Positions 41,759-55,303 are shown, counted from the stretch's first letter. The stretch is 64,000 nt of DNA from the human T2T-CHM13v2.0 reference genome, Homo sapiens (GCF_009914755.1 NC_060937.1), one strand, 5' to 3'. Notes: generated by a model from the sequence alone, not told the origin. Numbers and translations: made by a program.

Positions 41759-43532
41759 AGATAGAGTCCGATGGGTGACTTGTCAGTTGGGAGCTAAAGG
41801 TTAGAGGACAGGTCCTCTTCAACATTTGGACAGGCCACTGACTAAAACCTGATGGTAGCTGTCTTTTTCTTTGAGTTGCTGCAAACTTGTGGTTTGGTAA
41901 CAAGGAGATTTGTGGGAACTAATTGTCTATTTAAAATGTCAGGTAACAAATATAAGAATATCCAGGCTGTAACTGGAGTTCTTACATTTGCTTAGCAACA
42001 GAACTGCAATTCAGACTAATATTAAATAGAGATTTTTCCTATTGTAATACTGCTTTTCCTAGTATAACTTTTTTCCCTTTTTTAGAGAATTATTTATAAA
42101 GGCAATAAACAGGCACAGATTGCCTTGCTGGTTAATACAATTTTATTAAAATACTTGAAAGGATAGTTCCTATAAACATGTTATAATACAAGTTCTTAGA
42201 GATGGTCACTTTTTTATTTAAGCTATAGCCATAACAGGTTTATAATGGGCTTTAAAATAGCTTGACATTTCATCTTTAATGAGTAATTTCCCTTTTATTT
42301 TAAGTGAAAGTAAGCTTCAAAATCTAGGCCTTTCAGAAGTTAGAATGATTGAGCATATAGGAAAGAGAGAATACATTGACTTTGGAGTTCAGAAGTAATT
42401 TTACAAATGACTACCCCGTTTCTTTGAAAATTATTTTAATCTTACAACTCTTGTTAGATTTTTAGTCCTCTGGAGTATGAACATTTTGCTTTCAATGTTT
42501 ATATTCTTGAACTGTGCTTATGAAAATTTATACAACTTAGTAACTTTAAATTAGTAAAGTATAGCTATTTAAAATATAACTTCTAAGATGAAAATGTCCT
42601 AATAATGTTGCTTTTGCCAGTACCATTTTGACGTGACTACTATAAAGGAATTCAGGTGTCCCAAATTTGAACTGGTTTATCTCCTTTAAAAAATCCAAAG
42701 GCATTTTTCAAACATATTGTTAAAGGGCAGAATTAAAATATTAAACGATGTTCTTTGTCTATTAAAAGAAAAAGAGTTTCTTATATGCCTCTGTGTTACT
42801 GCTTTTTGGCAGTGCTTCATATGTGTGGTAATAGAGGTTAATAGAAGTGTAGAATAATTGAAAACAAACTGATGAAAAGTTTTCCTTGTTTTTGGAGATT
42901 TCCTTAAAAATTTTTAATTGTGTGGCTCTAATCTGTAACCAAGTGTTTCATTAATTATTCTCTATATGTTAATATTATTTATATATTATAATATATTAAA
43001 CGACATTATAATACAGTATTGTTGCTTATATATCGAGTACCTGTATGATTTTTTTAGATTTAAATTTCTGCCTGAGAACAATACAACTATTAAGAGAACA
43101 TCAGAGTTTTTGACATATAAAAATATTCACTTATAAATAATTCCAGACTGTTTACAATTTAAATAAGATTTGTCTTAAGAAAAAGTATCCCCATTCTCTC
43201 ATAACTAATTCTTCTTTTTATGTTTTTGATTCCATTTCATCCTTCCTGCTACAACACCTTACGCTGTCAGTTATTCCTTTATTTCTCAAATTTATAATTT
43301 CTCCAGTTAATTCCTACCCTAATTCGACCACTGATTATTTCTTTTGATCTTGCTGTGTTATATTTGATTCCATTCTTTCCCTCTACACATTATCAGTTGC
43401 TTAGTCCTGTGAATTTCATCTCATCTCTGTCATCTCCTTTTATAATTTGAACCTTAAATTATATAGTAGTAATATTCTAGAAAGATTTTTATTCTGTTTT
43501 GTTATTTAAATGTGTATGTTTGTGTTTTTCAG

Positions 43533-43614
43533 AGCATTGAATGAAATGTGGAAATGTCAAAATCTGCTCCGACATCAAGTAAAGGATTTGCTTGACTTGA
43601 TTAAGCAACCCAAA
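43533..43614 (+). CDS. PDS5B: PDS5B exon 14 (ALNEMWKC...LIKQPK)
   Basis: tttttcag| acceptor; 82 nt; AAA|gtaagt donor. Confidence 0.97.
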
Positions 43615-45562
43615 GTAAGTAAGAATTTTTTCCTTCAATGTTTTTTAAAACACATGTATTTTAATTACTATTTACCATTGCTGCTATGTGTTAAACAATT
43701 CTTTCTGTTTGCAAAAGTTCTGATTGTAGAAGTTAGGATTCCTTGCTTAGAAAACTCTGAATTTTTAAGAAACTTATTAGATAGAAAGTGATAAATGTTT
43801 ATATCTGCAAAAGGTAATACCCAACATTACAGAGAGTGTGGGTCTGTGTACTCAAAGTTTTTTGGTAGCTTTAAAATAAAGGTGTAACAATAACTCAGCA
43901 TTATTGAAAGCATAGAAAATCGAAAGAAATTGCACTTTATGTTGCCACTCTAAGATGTTCCCTACTTTTTTGTATATGCTTGTGGTTTTAGAAAGTTTCA
44001 ATAATTATGTAATTAAAGTTAGGTATCTTGATGTTTTTACTTAATATTTATGAAGATTTTAATGTACTACCTAGTATTTATAATGTAATGATGGTATTCA
44101 TCCATTGGATGTATCATATTTTATCTTTTATCAATCATTTAGAATGATTCTAGGGTTTTTTTTTTTCATTGAAATGCTGTATGTAGACATGTAAAAGGCA
44201 TAATTCATCTAAAAAGCAGTGCACCTGGTCATTTTAAATTGCCTTCAGGGAAAACAAGAGTATTCTTTTTTCTTTTTCAGTTTAGAGTGCTTTTTCTCAA
44301 TCTCCCTTCCACACATACACTTCATAGGACAGAGGTCAATGGAGCAGTGTTGTTTTCATCTAAGGGGTGAAAACTTTCACCTTTTCCCTAGGCATAAATT
44401 CACCAATTGCTCTACAAATCAAAAAACTCACACCATTTGAGTGGTTTATAGTGACCCTCTCACTATTTTTTTAAACCTTCAGATCACTAGTAATAAGACA
44501 TTTTGTACCACCTTTTTTGCCTAATTGAAGCTCACATTTGAGTAGTATTTTTGTTTTATAGGTTAACAATGACCTCTTTGTGTTTTATTGAACATAACCT
44601 TTTTTCTGTGATTATTGAGTTTATCGAACCTGTTAAAATATGTTTTCCTTGAAAATAAATGACTTAAAACTGAGTGATTTTGCTGTCCTTTTTCTTAAAC
44701 CCTGTTAAATTAGTATGTTTAGCCAATAAGCATGTTTCAGTTAGTGTCATAATGTAAGTTAGTGTGTTTTCATTAATAATCTCTGGATAAAGTGCCTCTC
44801 TTTGCTACTTGGAGCTCTGTATATTTACCTCCTTCTGGCCAGAGATGTAAGAGTGTTTATTAAAATTTTAAGATGTTCTTACTTACATGTATATAAAATT
44901 ATTTGTGTTTAGGCATTATGGAAATCATAATAACATCCAGGTAGTATGTTAAGTGTATAAATCATATGTTGAACAGCATGATGTGTGAGATTGTAATCAA
45001 ATATAACTTTGTTTTTGATTCTCACTGTTCCTCTAAAATTTATGTATTTAGTTGGAGCTTCTTCATTTTGCCTGTTGTTAAAAATTGGGAGGGTCTTAGA
45101 CTTTCCTGCTGAGTCATACATGAAATCACTAGATACAGTCTCAATTCAGCTAGAATGTTTTAGTTCTTTTCTACAGTGTGGAATTTTCTTTTTGCTTGTC
45201 TTAAAATAATTACCCAGTTATCCACAGTAAAGATGGAGTTCTCATTCATGTGTGATGGTTTTGAAAAAGTAACAGAATGGAGGAGGATAGCCCAGCACCG
45301 CTTTGTTCCCCCCAAATAAAACAGCAACAATAGAAATCTTACATGTTTCTAGACAGCTGTTAGATGCTTTAAATTCCAAATAGTTGGGAATTAATTCTTG
45401 AACTTTATTACGCTTTAACTCTCAGTTCCTCTTAGCAAGCTCATTCTCAATAGGGATGGTCTTTTTGTGTATTTATTTGATTTATTGCTTTCAGTTCAAT
45501 GTTTATTTAGCTCAGTACTTTACATACACTTGCTCAATGACTTTTTTTGTTTCTGGTTTTTA

Positions 45563-45755
45563 AAATAACACTACTCTGATGCAGTGAATAATTAGCACTC
45601 TAAGAAACGTCTTTTATACATGACTTTACATGCAGTAGTACATGAATGTATTACATATGGTATAATGTAATGAATTAATTCACTGAAATAACACTTCCCT
45701 GATGCAACCCGTAACTAACACTCTTAGAAACGTCTTTTTTACGTGTCAGTCACAT
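45563..45755. repeat. Old diverged direct repeat (~70 bp, period ~123)
   Basis: aaataacact..ctgatgca...cactctWagaaacgtctttt at 45563 and 45686. Confidence 0.8.
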
Positions 45756-46162
45756 CTTAATTGTCTTTCTCCAGTGTCTTCCCCATAAGCTTCATGACCA
45801 TGCCTTATAATTCTCAGGTCTAAACATTGTAGGAGTTTTCCCTGTTCTTTCAGCTCTAAAAAAAAAAAACAAAACCCCAAAATACGTACCTGTTACAAAA
45901 TGTAGTGCAGCTGTCTGATTTCTGTTTGGAGGCTAACACAACAGGGTGAGGGAAGACATGATTAAAGTAGAGAAGGAGTTTACTTCTACCTCCTGTCCAG
46001 TTTATCTAGAGTTTAATAAAAATAGATGAAGAAGGTGACAGTAGTGGTAAGAGCATGGGTCTGCAGCATTTAGTGGGTTATGCTTGTCTAATTTTTTGCA
46101 GAGTATGATGAAGTTTTCTTGTTAGGGAATTTTAATTTTGCATTTTTTTGTGTGATTTACAG

Positions 46163-46211
46163 ACAGATGCCAGTGTCAAGGCCATATTTTCAAAAGTGAT
46201 GGTTATTACAA
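46163..46211 (+). CDS. PDS5B: PDS5B exon 15 (TDASVKAIFSKVMVIT), short 49-nt exon
   Basis: tttacag| acceptor; CAA|gtaagt donor; bridges exons 14 and 16 in frame. Confidence 0.96.
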
Positions 46212-47031
46212 GTAAGTTATTTTAAAATCTGTATAAAAATGTAATTTTTATTGGAACATTTTTTATAATTTTAAGTGTTTCATGCAGTTTTGTTATAGGC
46301 TATGATAATATAGGAATTTTAAATTTTCTTTAGTGTCTTACATGAGCTAGAGCTGGAGAAAGGATTTAGTACATAAATTTATTTTTAAGAGTTTATTGAA
46401 ATCATCATGTAAACTTATAAAAACTGAATCTGTGTTTGGTTTTGCTTGCTCTAATGTGACTGACTGAAGCTAATTCACTCCAAGCCAAAATATAAAGGAT
46501 ATACCTAATAACTACATACGTAACAGCTTCTTTGAAAAAATATTAATTTGCTTTTTTGCTTTAGGTGATGTTAAGTAAAATGGTATTTCATTTAACAGTA
46601 AATGCAAAAGGATTATGTGGAACATCTCCTTTGTTCAGTGGAAAAGTAGGGAAAAGTTGCTGTTTTTGCAGGTCATTTGCTTTTCCTCCCACCTCAGAGG
46701 TCACTGTGTATAGCAAATGGATAGAGGGATAATCAGAAACACCTGGAGGAATACTTCTGCTGAACTTCCACTTGGTGATAATGAAGAGATCTTAAGATGG
46801 ATCTGAGATGCTAAATATTCCAAGATGTGTATGAAAGTAATGTTAAGACACTGAAGATAACAGTAAACCTAACTCACTGGTTTTTGGATTAAGTAATGGG
46901 AATATTAGAATGAGTAGAACTTTAAGACCAAAATGTTCTTCTGTCTTGGGAAAACTACTTTCCAGTCCCCTGGGTAACTTGCTAAAGCAAGTTGTTTTGT
47001 GCTAGTCCTTTTACAAAAAAATTAATTTGAT

Positions 47032-47296
47032 GTTTAGAGGTGAGATCTTGCTCTTTTGCCCAGGGCTGGAGTGCAGTGGCACAATCATAACTCAAAGCTA
47101 TCTTGACCTCCTGGGCTCAAGCCATCCTCCTACCTCAGCCTCCTGAGTAGTTGGGATTCCATGCATGTATTAACACACCCAGCTAATTTAAAAAATATAT
47201 TTTTTAAGAGACTAGGTCTTCCTATGTTGCCCAGGCTAGTGCTGAACTGCTGGCCTCAAGTGCTGGGATTACAGGTGTGAGCCACGGTGCCTGGCC
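47032..47296 (-). mobile_element. Alu (AluJ-like, partly deleted)
   Basis: reverse-complement Alu. Confidence 0.88.
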
Positions 47297-48067
47297 TATC
47301 ACCTTTTTATAGTTTGGCTATGGATACTGTCTCCTAAAAGAGATCATTCCCTAAGTTCTTTTTTTTTTTCCCTATCAGTTTTCTTCCAGTGAGTTCAATA
47401 TTTCCCAGATTCTGTTTTCAAGGAATGCTGGTATCCTGCAGTTGTTAATAATATTGTGAGAAAAAGGGGTTTCATTGTCATATATGTTTATAGAATGCTA
47501 AATTGAAAGAGTTTTCTTTATCCCTTCTTTTCCCTCCCCCCTTTTGCTTTTTTTTTCTGAAATAATAGGCCTTATTGTAGCCTTTATTATGATGCCCATC
47601 CATTCTGAAGGGGCTGTAAAATAACACTTTCCAAAATTATTTGAAAAAATACCTTTTCCTGAACACTGTTAAACTCCACTGAACTACTAGTGGTCTTTGG
47701 AACACAGATTGCAAAGTGCTGCACTAGCAGTTTTCCAGCTTGCCCTCAGGTGCTTATTATGTAAACTTATAAAAACATTCCATTTATCTTCTATAAGTGA
47801 TCATGTTTATCTGTTGTACTATAATGTGGTTCTCTTTCCTTGCAGATTTTTTTCTATTACAGAAACAGGAAAAGGTCATACAGAAGTATTTAGGAGGATT
47901 AATATATTTTTAGATTCTTAACTATATTAAGTCATTTAAATATCTCACCAAGACATAAAATGGGATTTCAGAATTATATGTGAACTTGAAGACTACATTT
48001 ACTATGTTCATATTTTGGGGTTCACTCGAATTTCTACTACTATTTCGATAGTCCACAGAGTTCTCTC

Positions 48068-48327
48068 TTTTTTTTTTTTTTGAGACAGTCTCACTCTGTC
48101 GCCTAGGCTGGAGTGCAGTGGCGAGATCTCAGCTCACTGCAACCTCCGCCTCCCGGGTTCAAGCAGTTCTCTGCCTCAGCCTCCCGAGTAGCTGGGATTA
48201 CAGTCACCTGCCACCACGCCAGGCTAATTTTTGTATTCTTTTAGTAGAGACAGGGTTTCACCATCTTGGCCAGGGTGGTCTTGAACTCCTGACCTCGTGA
48301 TCCTCCTGCCTCGGCCTCACAAAGTGC
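48068..48327 (-). mobile_element. Alu, 5'-truncated
   Basis: poly-T followed by reverse-complement Alu ending at caaagtgc. Confidence 0.9.
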
Positions 48328-49037
48328 CAAAGTTCCATTTTACAATTTCTGTTATTGGAGATGCTATATTCTAGTCTGGCTCTCTGCAACAGTTAAGAAG
48401 CCAGGCAAAAAAGATACCACAGTCAACGTTTTATTAGCTTTCATAAGTATTTTGATACATAGACACATTAGCAGAATAGTATAAAAATCATTTTTGATTC
48501 TGCAAAGACTCATTCTTTCCCATGCAGTAATGACTTACCCAGCAGTAACACCTGGATAGGTTGCTCAGTATATATCACTGCTAGATACATGCATGTATAT
48601 GTAAACTCTCTGGGTTGGTTTAATGATAAACAGGGAAATACAGGAAAATAGTTCTTAAAGGTAAAACTTAGTGATTAATCTCTTAAATTATAAGAGAGCA
48701 ATGTATGCAACAAGCTCAAGGGGACAGTAATAAAATTGGCATTATTCAGGTTGACATTTGATGCCTTTAAATATTACAAGGGATTACTTAGAAGTAGCCA
48801 TTTTAGACTTTCCTTGCATATATGTCCCTTCACAATGCTCCTGTTTTATATTTCTAGAAAATATATTTTTATGTGTGAAAATTGACTGTTGAAGGTTTTT
48901 CACAATTTATTTTGTTAAACTAAACTGAATTTGTACGTAAGGATTTTAAGGCAATAAAAGGAATGAAAAATATTGACCTATTATTATTTTAAGAATTAAA
49001 AAAAATTGATTTTAATTGAACTTTAATTTATTTTAAG

Positions 49038-49177
49038 GAAATTTACCTGATCCTGGTAAGGCTCAGGATTTCATGAAGAAATTCACACAGGTGTTAGAAG
49101 ATGATGAGAAAATAAGAAAGCAGTTAGAAGTACTTGTTAGTCCAACATGCTCCTGCAAGCAGGCTGAAGGTTGTGTG
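49038..49177 (+). CDS. PDS5B: PDS5B exon 16 (NLPDPGKA...QAEGCV)
   Basis: ttttaag| acceptor; 140 nt; GTG|gtaagg donor. Confidence 0.97.
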
Positions 49178-50630
49178 GTAAGGAGAGAAAAGAGCTGATG
49201 TTTGAAAAAGCCCCCAAATCTTCTTTATTGTTTCTCTCTTTTATAAAAGTAATTTATATTCATTATATTAAATTTGAAAAATGTCACATAAAAATGCAGA
49301 TAAACTATAATTTCTCTATAGAGACAATTGTTAATATTGTGGTGTATGTCCTTCTAAAATGAGATATTATACATACAGTTTTGTACATTTTACTTTTTCA
49401 TTAATTAGTCTTTTATAGTATTTAATAGCTCCATAGCATACCACTGAATACATGTACTATAATTTGTTGAGTAGTCCACTAAGTTACACATTTAGATTTT
49501 TTCCTACTTTTTGATTACTATTAAGAAGAATATAATTAATATTTTTACACAGTCTTGATTCTTTCTTTAGGATAAATTCTAAGAAGTACAATTGCATGGG
49601 CTAACAGCTCATTTTTAAAGCCTTTAATATGCTTTGGCAAATTGTTCTCCAGAACTGAATTAATTTTATGCTAATCACCAGTAATGAGAGTGACCATTTT
49701 CTCACACACAACAATATTGGTCAGTATCATTGCTGGAAACAAAACCCAAGTAAAAACAAAGAAAAACACAATTATTTTGATAGTATTTATATTTGTTAGT
49801 CGCTAGTCATCTGACCATTTTTTTCTCCTTGGGATTATTGGCCATTCATATTTCTTTTGTAAGTTGTGTTTATAATATTTGCCTAGTTTTATAGAATGGT
49901 ATTTATCTTACTGATTTGTGAGTTTGTCATATGGCATTTGCTAAGTTGCAGATAATTTTCTGTCAGTTTTAGTTTACCCTTTCTTTTTGTTTATTATGTT
50001 CTTTACATACCATAGTTTCTATCTTTAGGTAAGTCAGTATTTTCCTCATGGTGTTTGGCTTTGCTGTCTTGCTTATGAAATCCTATTCTGTTATAAGTCA
50101 ATGAAAATATTTATTGTTGTCAGTGATTCTTAATCTGTTACCTATGTACCTTCTGAAATGCTTTTTAGAGAAAGATGATTCTTGACTTCACCCCAGATCA
50201 ACTAAATGAGAATCTTCAGAGTTAAATACAGGAATCTATAGTTTTAACAAGCTCTTCTGATAATTTTACTTCCTCAAGTTTGTGCATCCAGTGACTCTTG
50301 GTTTTATTCATTTGTATTTTTATTCTTTTGGAATATTTTTGATGTAATATATGAGACAGGGACCTTACTTTGTTTTTATTCCAAATGTCTATCCAGTAAT
50401 TTCAATACAGTGTATTGACTAGTCTACCTTTTCCCTGATTACTTGAAATATTACCTTTTTCATATGCTAAATCCTTAATTCAGTCTTTTTTTCTGGGCTT
50501 GTTCAATTCTTACAGTTTGTTTATTCCAGCGTCAGTACTACATGGTTTTAATTATTGTTGGTTCTTAATATTTTAACATAATGATTTGTTTAAATGTACT
50601 TTTGTAATACTGAAATAATCTGTATTACAG

Positions 50631-50746
50631 CGTGAAATAACTAAGAAGTTGGGCAACCCCAAACAGCCTACAAATCCTTTCCTGGAAATGATCAAGTTTC
50701 TCTTGGAGAGGATAGCACCTGTGCACATAGATACCGAATCTATCAG
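50631..50746 (+). CDS. PDS5B: PDS5B exon 17 (REITKKLG...IDTESI)
   Basis: tattacag| acceptor; 116 nt; CAG|gtattt donor. Confidence 0.97.
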
Positions 50747-51709
50747 GTATTTGTATATAAAATACTAAGTTCTCATTGCTGTTCATTAATGTGTACATTC
50801 AGGAATCAGTCATTGTTGAGTGCCTGCTATATCTAGCTACACATCTGTGTGTATTGTGTACTCCTCTGTATATACTCCTCTGCATATACCTGTATTTGTA
50901 TATGCACACACACACACACACAGACACACACATATATATATATACACTCATCTGTACCTGTATATTTGTTGTTATTCTTGTTATTTATCTTAATTTTAAG
51001 GATTGGTTCAAATTGTGTGAGAAATTGTCAATCTAAGCCTAATTTTATCTGTTAACGGTATACCAGACACTCTTTGTTTTTGTTAACTTGTATAGTTTAG
51101 GTAATATAAATAAATTTTATTTATACCCTTGGGAAACTAGGTGAATCTGTTGCAAAGGAACAAATGATACATTTTCACAGATAATTTGAGAACTGAAAAT
51201 GTTGTTTTTTAAAACAACTCTCATTTAAAGTTTCAGCTTTGATACTACCTGTGAGAAGTTGGAAACATTTCTTTTTATCTCTGCATTCCCTTTTGTGAAA
51301 TGTGGGAAGAGGTGTTTTTTTATTTTTAAACTTTCCCTAAAATGTTTTCCTCTGACTGAAAAAATAAAGTACTTATACAATATATATAGCGCATACTGAC
51401 TTACTAGTTAGTCATCAGTAGTGTTCTTTGAGGGGTATATATTATAATCTAAAATAAATAATACTAATGATTTTTTCATCTTATGCTCAAACCCTGTTGG
51501 AGATGTTTTGTTGGGGAAGGCATTGGGCGTAGCTTTTGGTCATTGACCCCTTGCAAATAGAGAGACCCTACTTTGGTTACCTGTCAGTCACTTTGGACTC
51601 CTCTTGTATCGGTTTTCATTTGAAGAGGTAGTTCTGAGGTTTAAAAAGCAAGACAAGAAGTAGAAGCCTCTATATTTGTAAGAGGAAGACTCTGAATCAG
51701 ACAAATTTA

Positions 51710-52990
51710 TTAAGTAAGTAATCTCATGCCTTCTCTATTCAAGGCAGTACTCTTTAGGTACTGGCAAAGCATAGTGTGCTGTTATACCTTCTGTCAGTAG
51801 TGGAATAAAGATTTCAAATCAGGAGATTATATTGTAGTTCAGTAAGATTATTGCAAATAGAGTTCACAGTATTGAAAGAGGATATCTCTAAGGGATAATA
51901 TTTCACCTAAGAGGGGAGAATGGGTAAGATTCTGTTTTTATAGAAGTGCCATTCTTGCCATTGAGGTTAACATAAATTAAGCTAATTTGATAGTAAAGAA
52001 AAGGGATATTTAGAAAATGATTGCCATCTATTTATAGTGTAATGTGGCATCATATAAAACTGTTATGAGATGATCCTTAAAAAGCCAGATGGGGAGCAGA
52101 TTGTGAAAGCCTTTAACATTGAGCTTCCTTTTACTTTATCTGTTGAGAACTATGGATGATTGAGATGATGGCTAGGAGGAGGGAAGTAGAAGAGATAGAT
52201 TGCCAAGGTGTTTTAATTGTCTATGGCTAGTAGTGGAATGGAAAGGAGACAACGTATTTGAAGGAAATTTTAAAACAACAACCTAAAAAATTGCCAGCTT
52301 ACTGGGTATGGGGAATAAAGGCAAGGAAGAACCAGAAATATTAGGATTCAAGTCCAAATGATGTGGAGAATAGTAGTACCTTGAAAAGAATGAAAGGAAC
52401 TGTTTTTGAAGGAGGTGAGAGAGGTTGTGTTTCCTACTTGTACATGACAAACAATTAAAAAAAAATCAAGGCCTATCAAGTTTAATGTGAAACTATGAGA
52501 ATGGATTAATCTGCTCAGATTGTATAGAAAGAAGTAAAAAGATCATAGACAGAACTTTGGAAATTTTTTTTACAGTAGAGAAATTGTAGAAATGTAAGAA
52601 GACTAGGTTATTGTAATGTTTTGAGTTAAGATGGAGGAGGTTTTCAGAAGTAAAGTATATTGTGGACAAAGAGACTGAAAACCAGGAATAGATCTTGGCT
52701 TTAGGAATCAGAAGGTCATAGTGATCTAGAAGGTATGTCAAAACATAAACAATAAGAACAAGTAGCAGTTAGTGCTTTATAATGTGCCTGGTGTTATTCT
52801 AAGAATTTATGTTTTAACTAACTTCTTTCTCCAAGGATAGGAACTATTATTATTCCCATTTTACAGATAAAGAGCAGTAAATTGCACATAGGGTGAGTAA
52901 CCTTCTCACTGCTGGAGTGTGGAAAACAGCATTTAAACCTAGGAAGTCTGTCTCTAGAGCCCACTTGGTTAACCACTACACTGTACAGAA
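51710..52990. mobile_element. Decayed L2 followed by MIR
   Basis: purine-rich L2-like tract; tattcccattttacagataaa...ggtgagtaacc MIR core at ~52850. Confidence 0.5.
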
Positions 52991-53473
52991 AAATTCTACT
53001 TTTAGTCCCCTATAGTAGTCAGTGAATGTCCATTTCATCTGACTCTTCCCAACAGTGACTGTTAATCTTTTCAATATTTGTCATTTTATAGGTGAATGAA
53101 GAGATGTACCCTTTAAAAAAAATTTTTGTGTTTCAAATAGAAAAGTTGAGCAATTATTAATAAGGTTGAACTTTTTTTTTCATTTATGTCTTGGCTAATT
53201 TTATCCCTTTGGAGAATGCTTTTTATTTTTCCATAGGGACTCAGTGAAATTGTCTTTTTCTTATTGATTATAAGAATGCTTTATAAAACAAGGCTGTTCA
53301 CCCAGTTGAATCACCTTTTAAATCTCTTTGCAATTAATAAATATTACATTGTATAATTAAATGTCAGTCATTTCCTTTGTGGTTTATTTCAGCCTTTGGT
53401 ATCATATTAATAGCTCTGCTTTTTTACATTTACATCTGTAATTAGTCTGGAATTTAGTGTAAGGTGGACATAG

Positions 53474-53777
<304 letters not shown>

Positions 53778-53793
53778 TTGACCCAGTCCTTTT

Positions 53794-53828
53794 TACACTT
53801 GATCCTAGCCAAAAGGCTGAGAAGAGAT
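53794..53828 (-). pseudogene. 3'-truncated U2 snRNA retropseudogene (U2 nt 1-35)
   Basis: minus strand ATCTCTTCTCAGCCTTTTGGCTAGGATCAAGTGTA vs U2 ATCGCTTCTCGGCCTTTTGGCTAAGATCAAGTGTA (3 mismatches); 14-bp TSD gacccagtcYtttt. Confidence 0.92.
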
Positions 53829-54988
53829 GACCCAGTCTTTTTCAAAGGCACATGGTAGATAGTTGTATGAACTCCATTTACAGAAAAATTGATTCTCATT
53901 TGATTTGAGGTGTTCCTTTATTATAGCGTAAATTCTTACATGGTTTGGATCCTTGCTGGATTCCCTTTGGTTCTTTAGTCTTCTGAGGTTGTGATACATT
54001 AGAGGAAGTTCTTTCATCCCTCCTTCCGTAAAATTTATTGGCTGTTCCTAAGCACTAATTAATTCTTCCATATGAGACTTAGTATGTACCTGTGGAATCT
54101 TGTCCCATACCAAATGACATAGAGATTCTGTACATTACAACTTTTTAGTTATGTTTTTATATTTTGACTTGTTATTGTGAATAGATTTCCCCTCTCTGTT
54201 TTTTTAGGTAGTTTTTGCTGATACAGAAAAGTGCTATTGATTTTTGAGTGTTTTGTTTTACTCCACTGAATTCTTAGTATTTTAAAATAGTTTTTCAGTT
54301 GATTTTCTTTGATCTTTCAGGTAGGTGCTTTCCCATAGATTTTCGTATACCTGGCTGTTAGTAGTTCAGTTGTCCTTCCTCAGAAATCCCTTTCCTAATT
54401 ACCCTGGCTATGGAACTTTTCTTCTTGTTGTGGCCTTTTTTTGTAGTCCATCTTGTTCTCTGATGATCTTTTTAATGTGTTTGTTAACTTATTTTTTACT
54501 TGCTTCACTTCACTGAGAGCTTCATACTCTCAGTCGTGGAAGAAAATGAGTTTACTTTTGGAAATGTGATAGTTTTCATTCCTGCGTATATCTAGGTTAA
54601 AAAATCTTGGGGCTACTGAAAATATGGAAAGGATTCAGATTGAAGATTTGTATTTGGAATAGTTGGAGATAAGAGAATAAGCTGATTAGGGAAAATGAGC
54701 AGAAAAAGAGAAAACACCCTCAGAAATACCAACTGTTAAAGAGATGATCAATTTAAGGGGACCCTATAATGGGGACAGATATATTTAACTCCTAACTTGA
54801 CCTTAAATTTGAATATATAATATTTTCGTAGAAGCATATTTACTAAACATTTTAAGGAACATTGAATAATTGAATTTTCTTGTATTTTGGTATGTTTTCT
54901 GTCTCTGGTGGTGTTTTTTATAAAAAGGACAAATACATACCCATCAGTATAAATGATTATTTTAGATAATTGTCAATGCATTACAAAT

Positions 54989-55273
54989 GTTTATTTATAT
55001 TTTTAGAGATAGGGTCTCACTCTGCCACCCAGGCTGGAGTGCAGTGGTGCATCATAGCTCACTGTAACCTTAAGCTACTGTGCTTAAGTGATCCTCCCAA
55101 ATAGCTGGGACAACAGGCACACACTACCATGCCAGGCTAATTTTTTAAATTTTATGTAGAGACAGGGTCTCGTTATGTTGCTCAGGCTGGTCTTGAACTC
55201 CTGGCCTCAAGTGACCCTCCTTTTTCAGCCTCCTAAGTGGCTGTGTTTACAGGAGTGAGCCACTGTGCCTGGG
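54989..55273 (-). mobile_element. Alu (AluJ-like)
   Basis: reverse-complement Alu; TSD tacaRatgtttattt. Confidence 0.9.
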
Positions 55274-55303
55274 TACAGATGTTTATTTTAAAATAACAAG
55301 CTT

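Noticed and set aside
49053-49061. Internal donor CTG|gtaagg in exon 16
   Set aside because: It would define an 18-nt exon too close to the acceptor, and the coding sequence PGKA explains it.
51388-51420. Near-palindrome tgacttactagttagtca
   Set aside because: Short and imperfect in AT-rich DNA; expected by chance.
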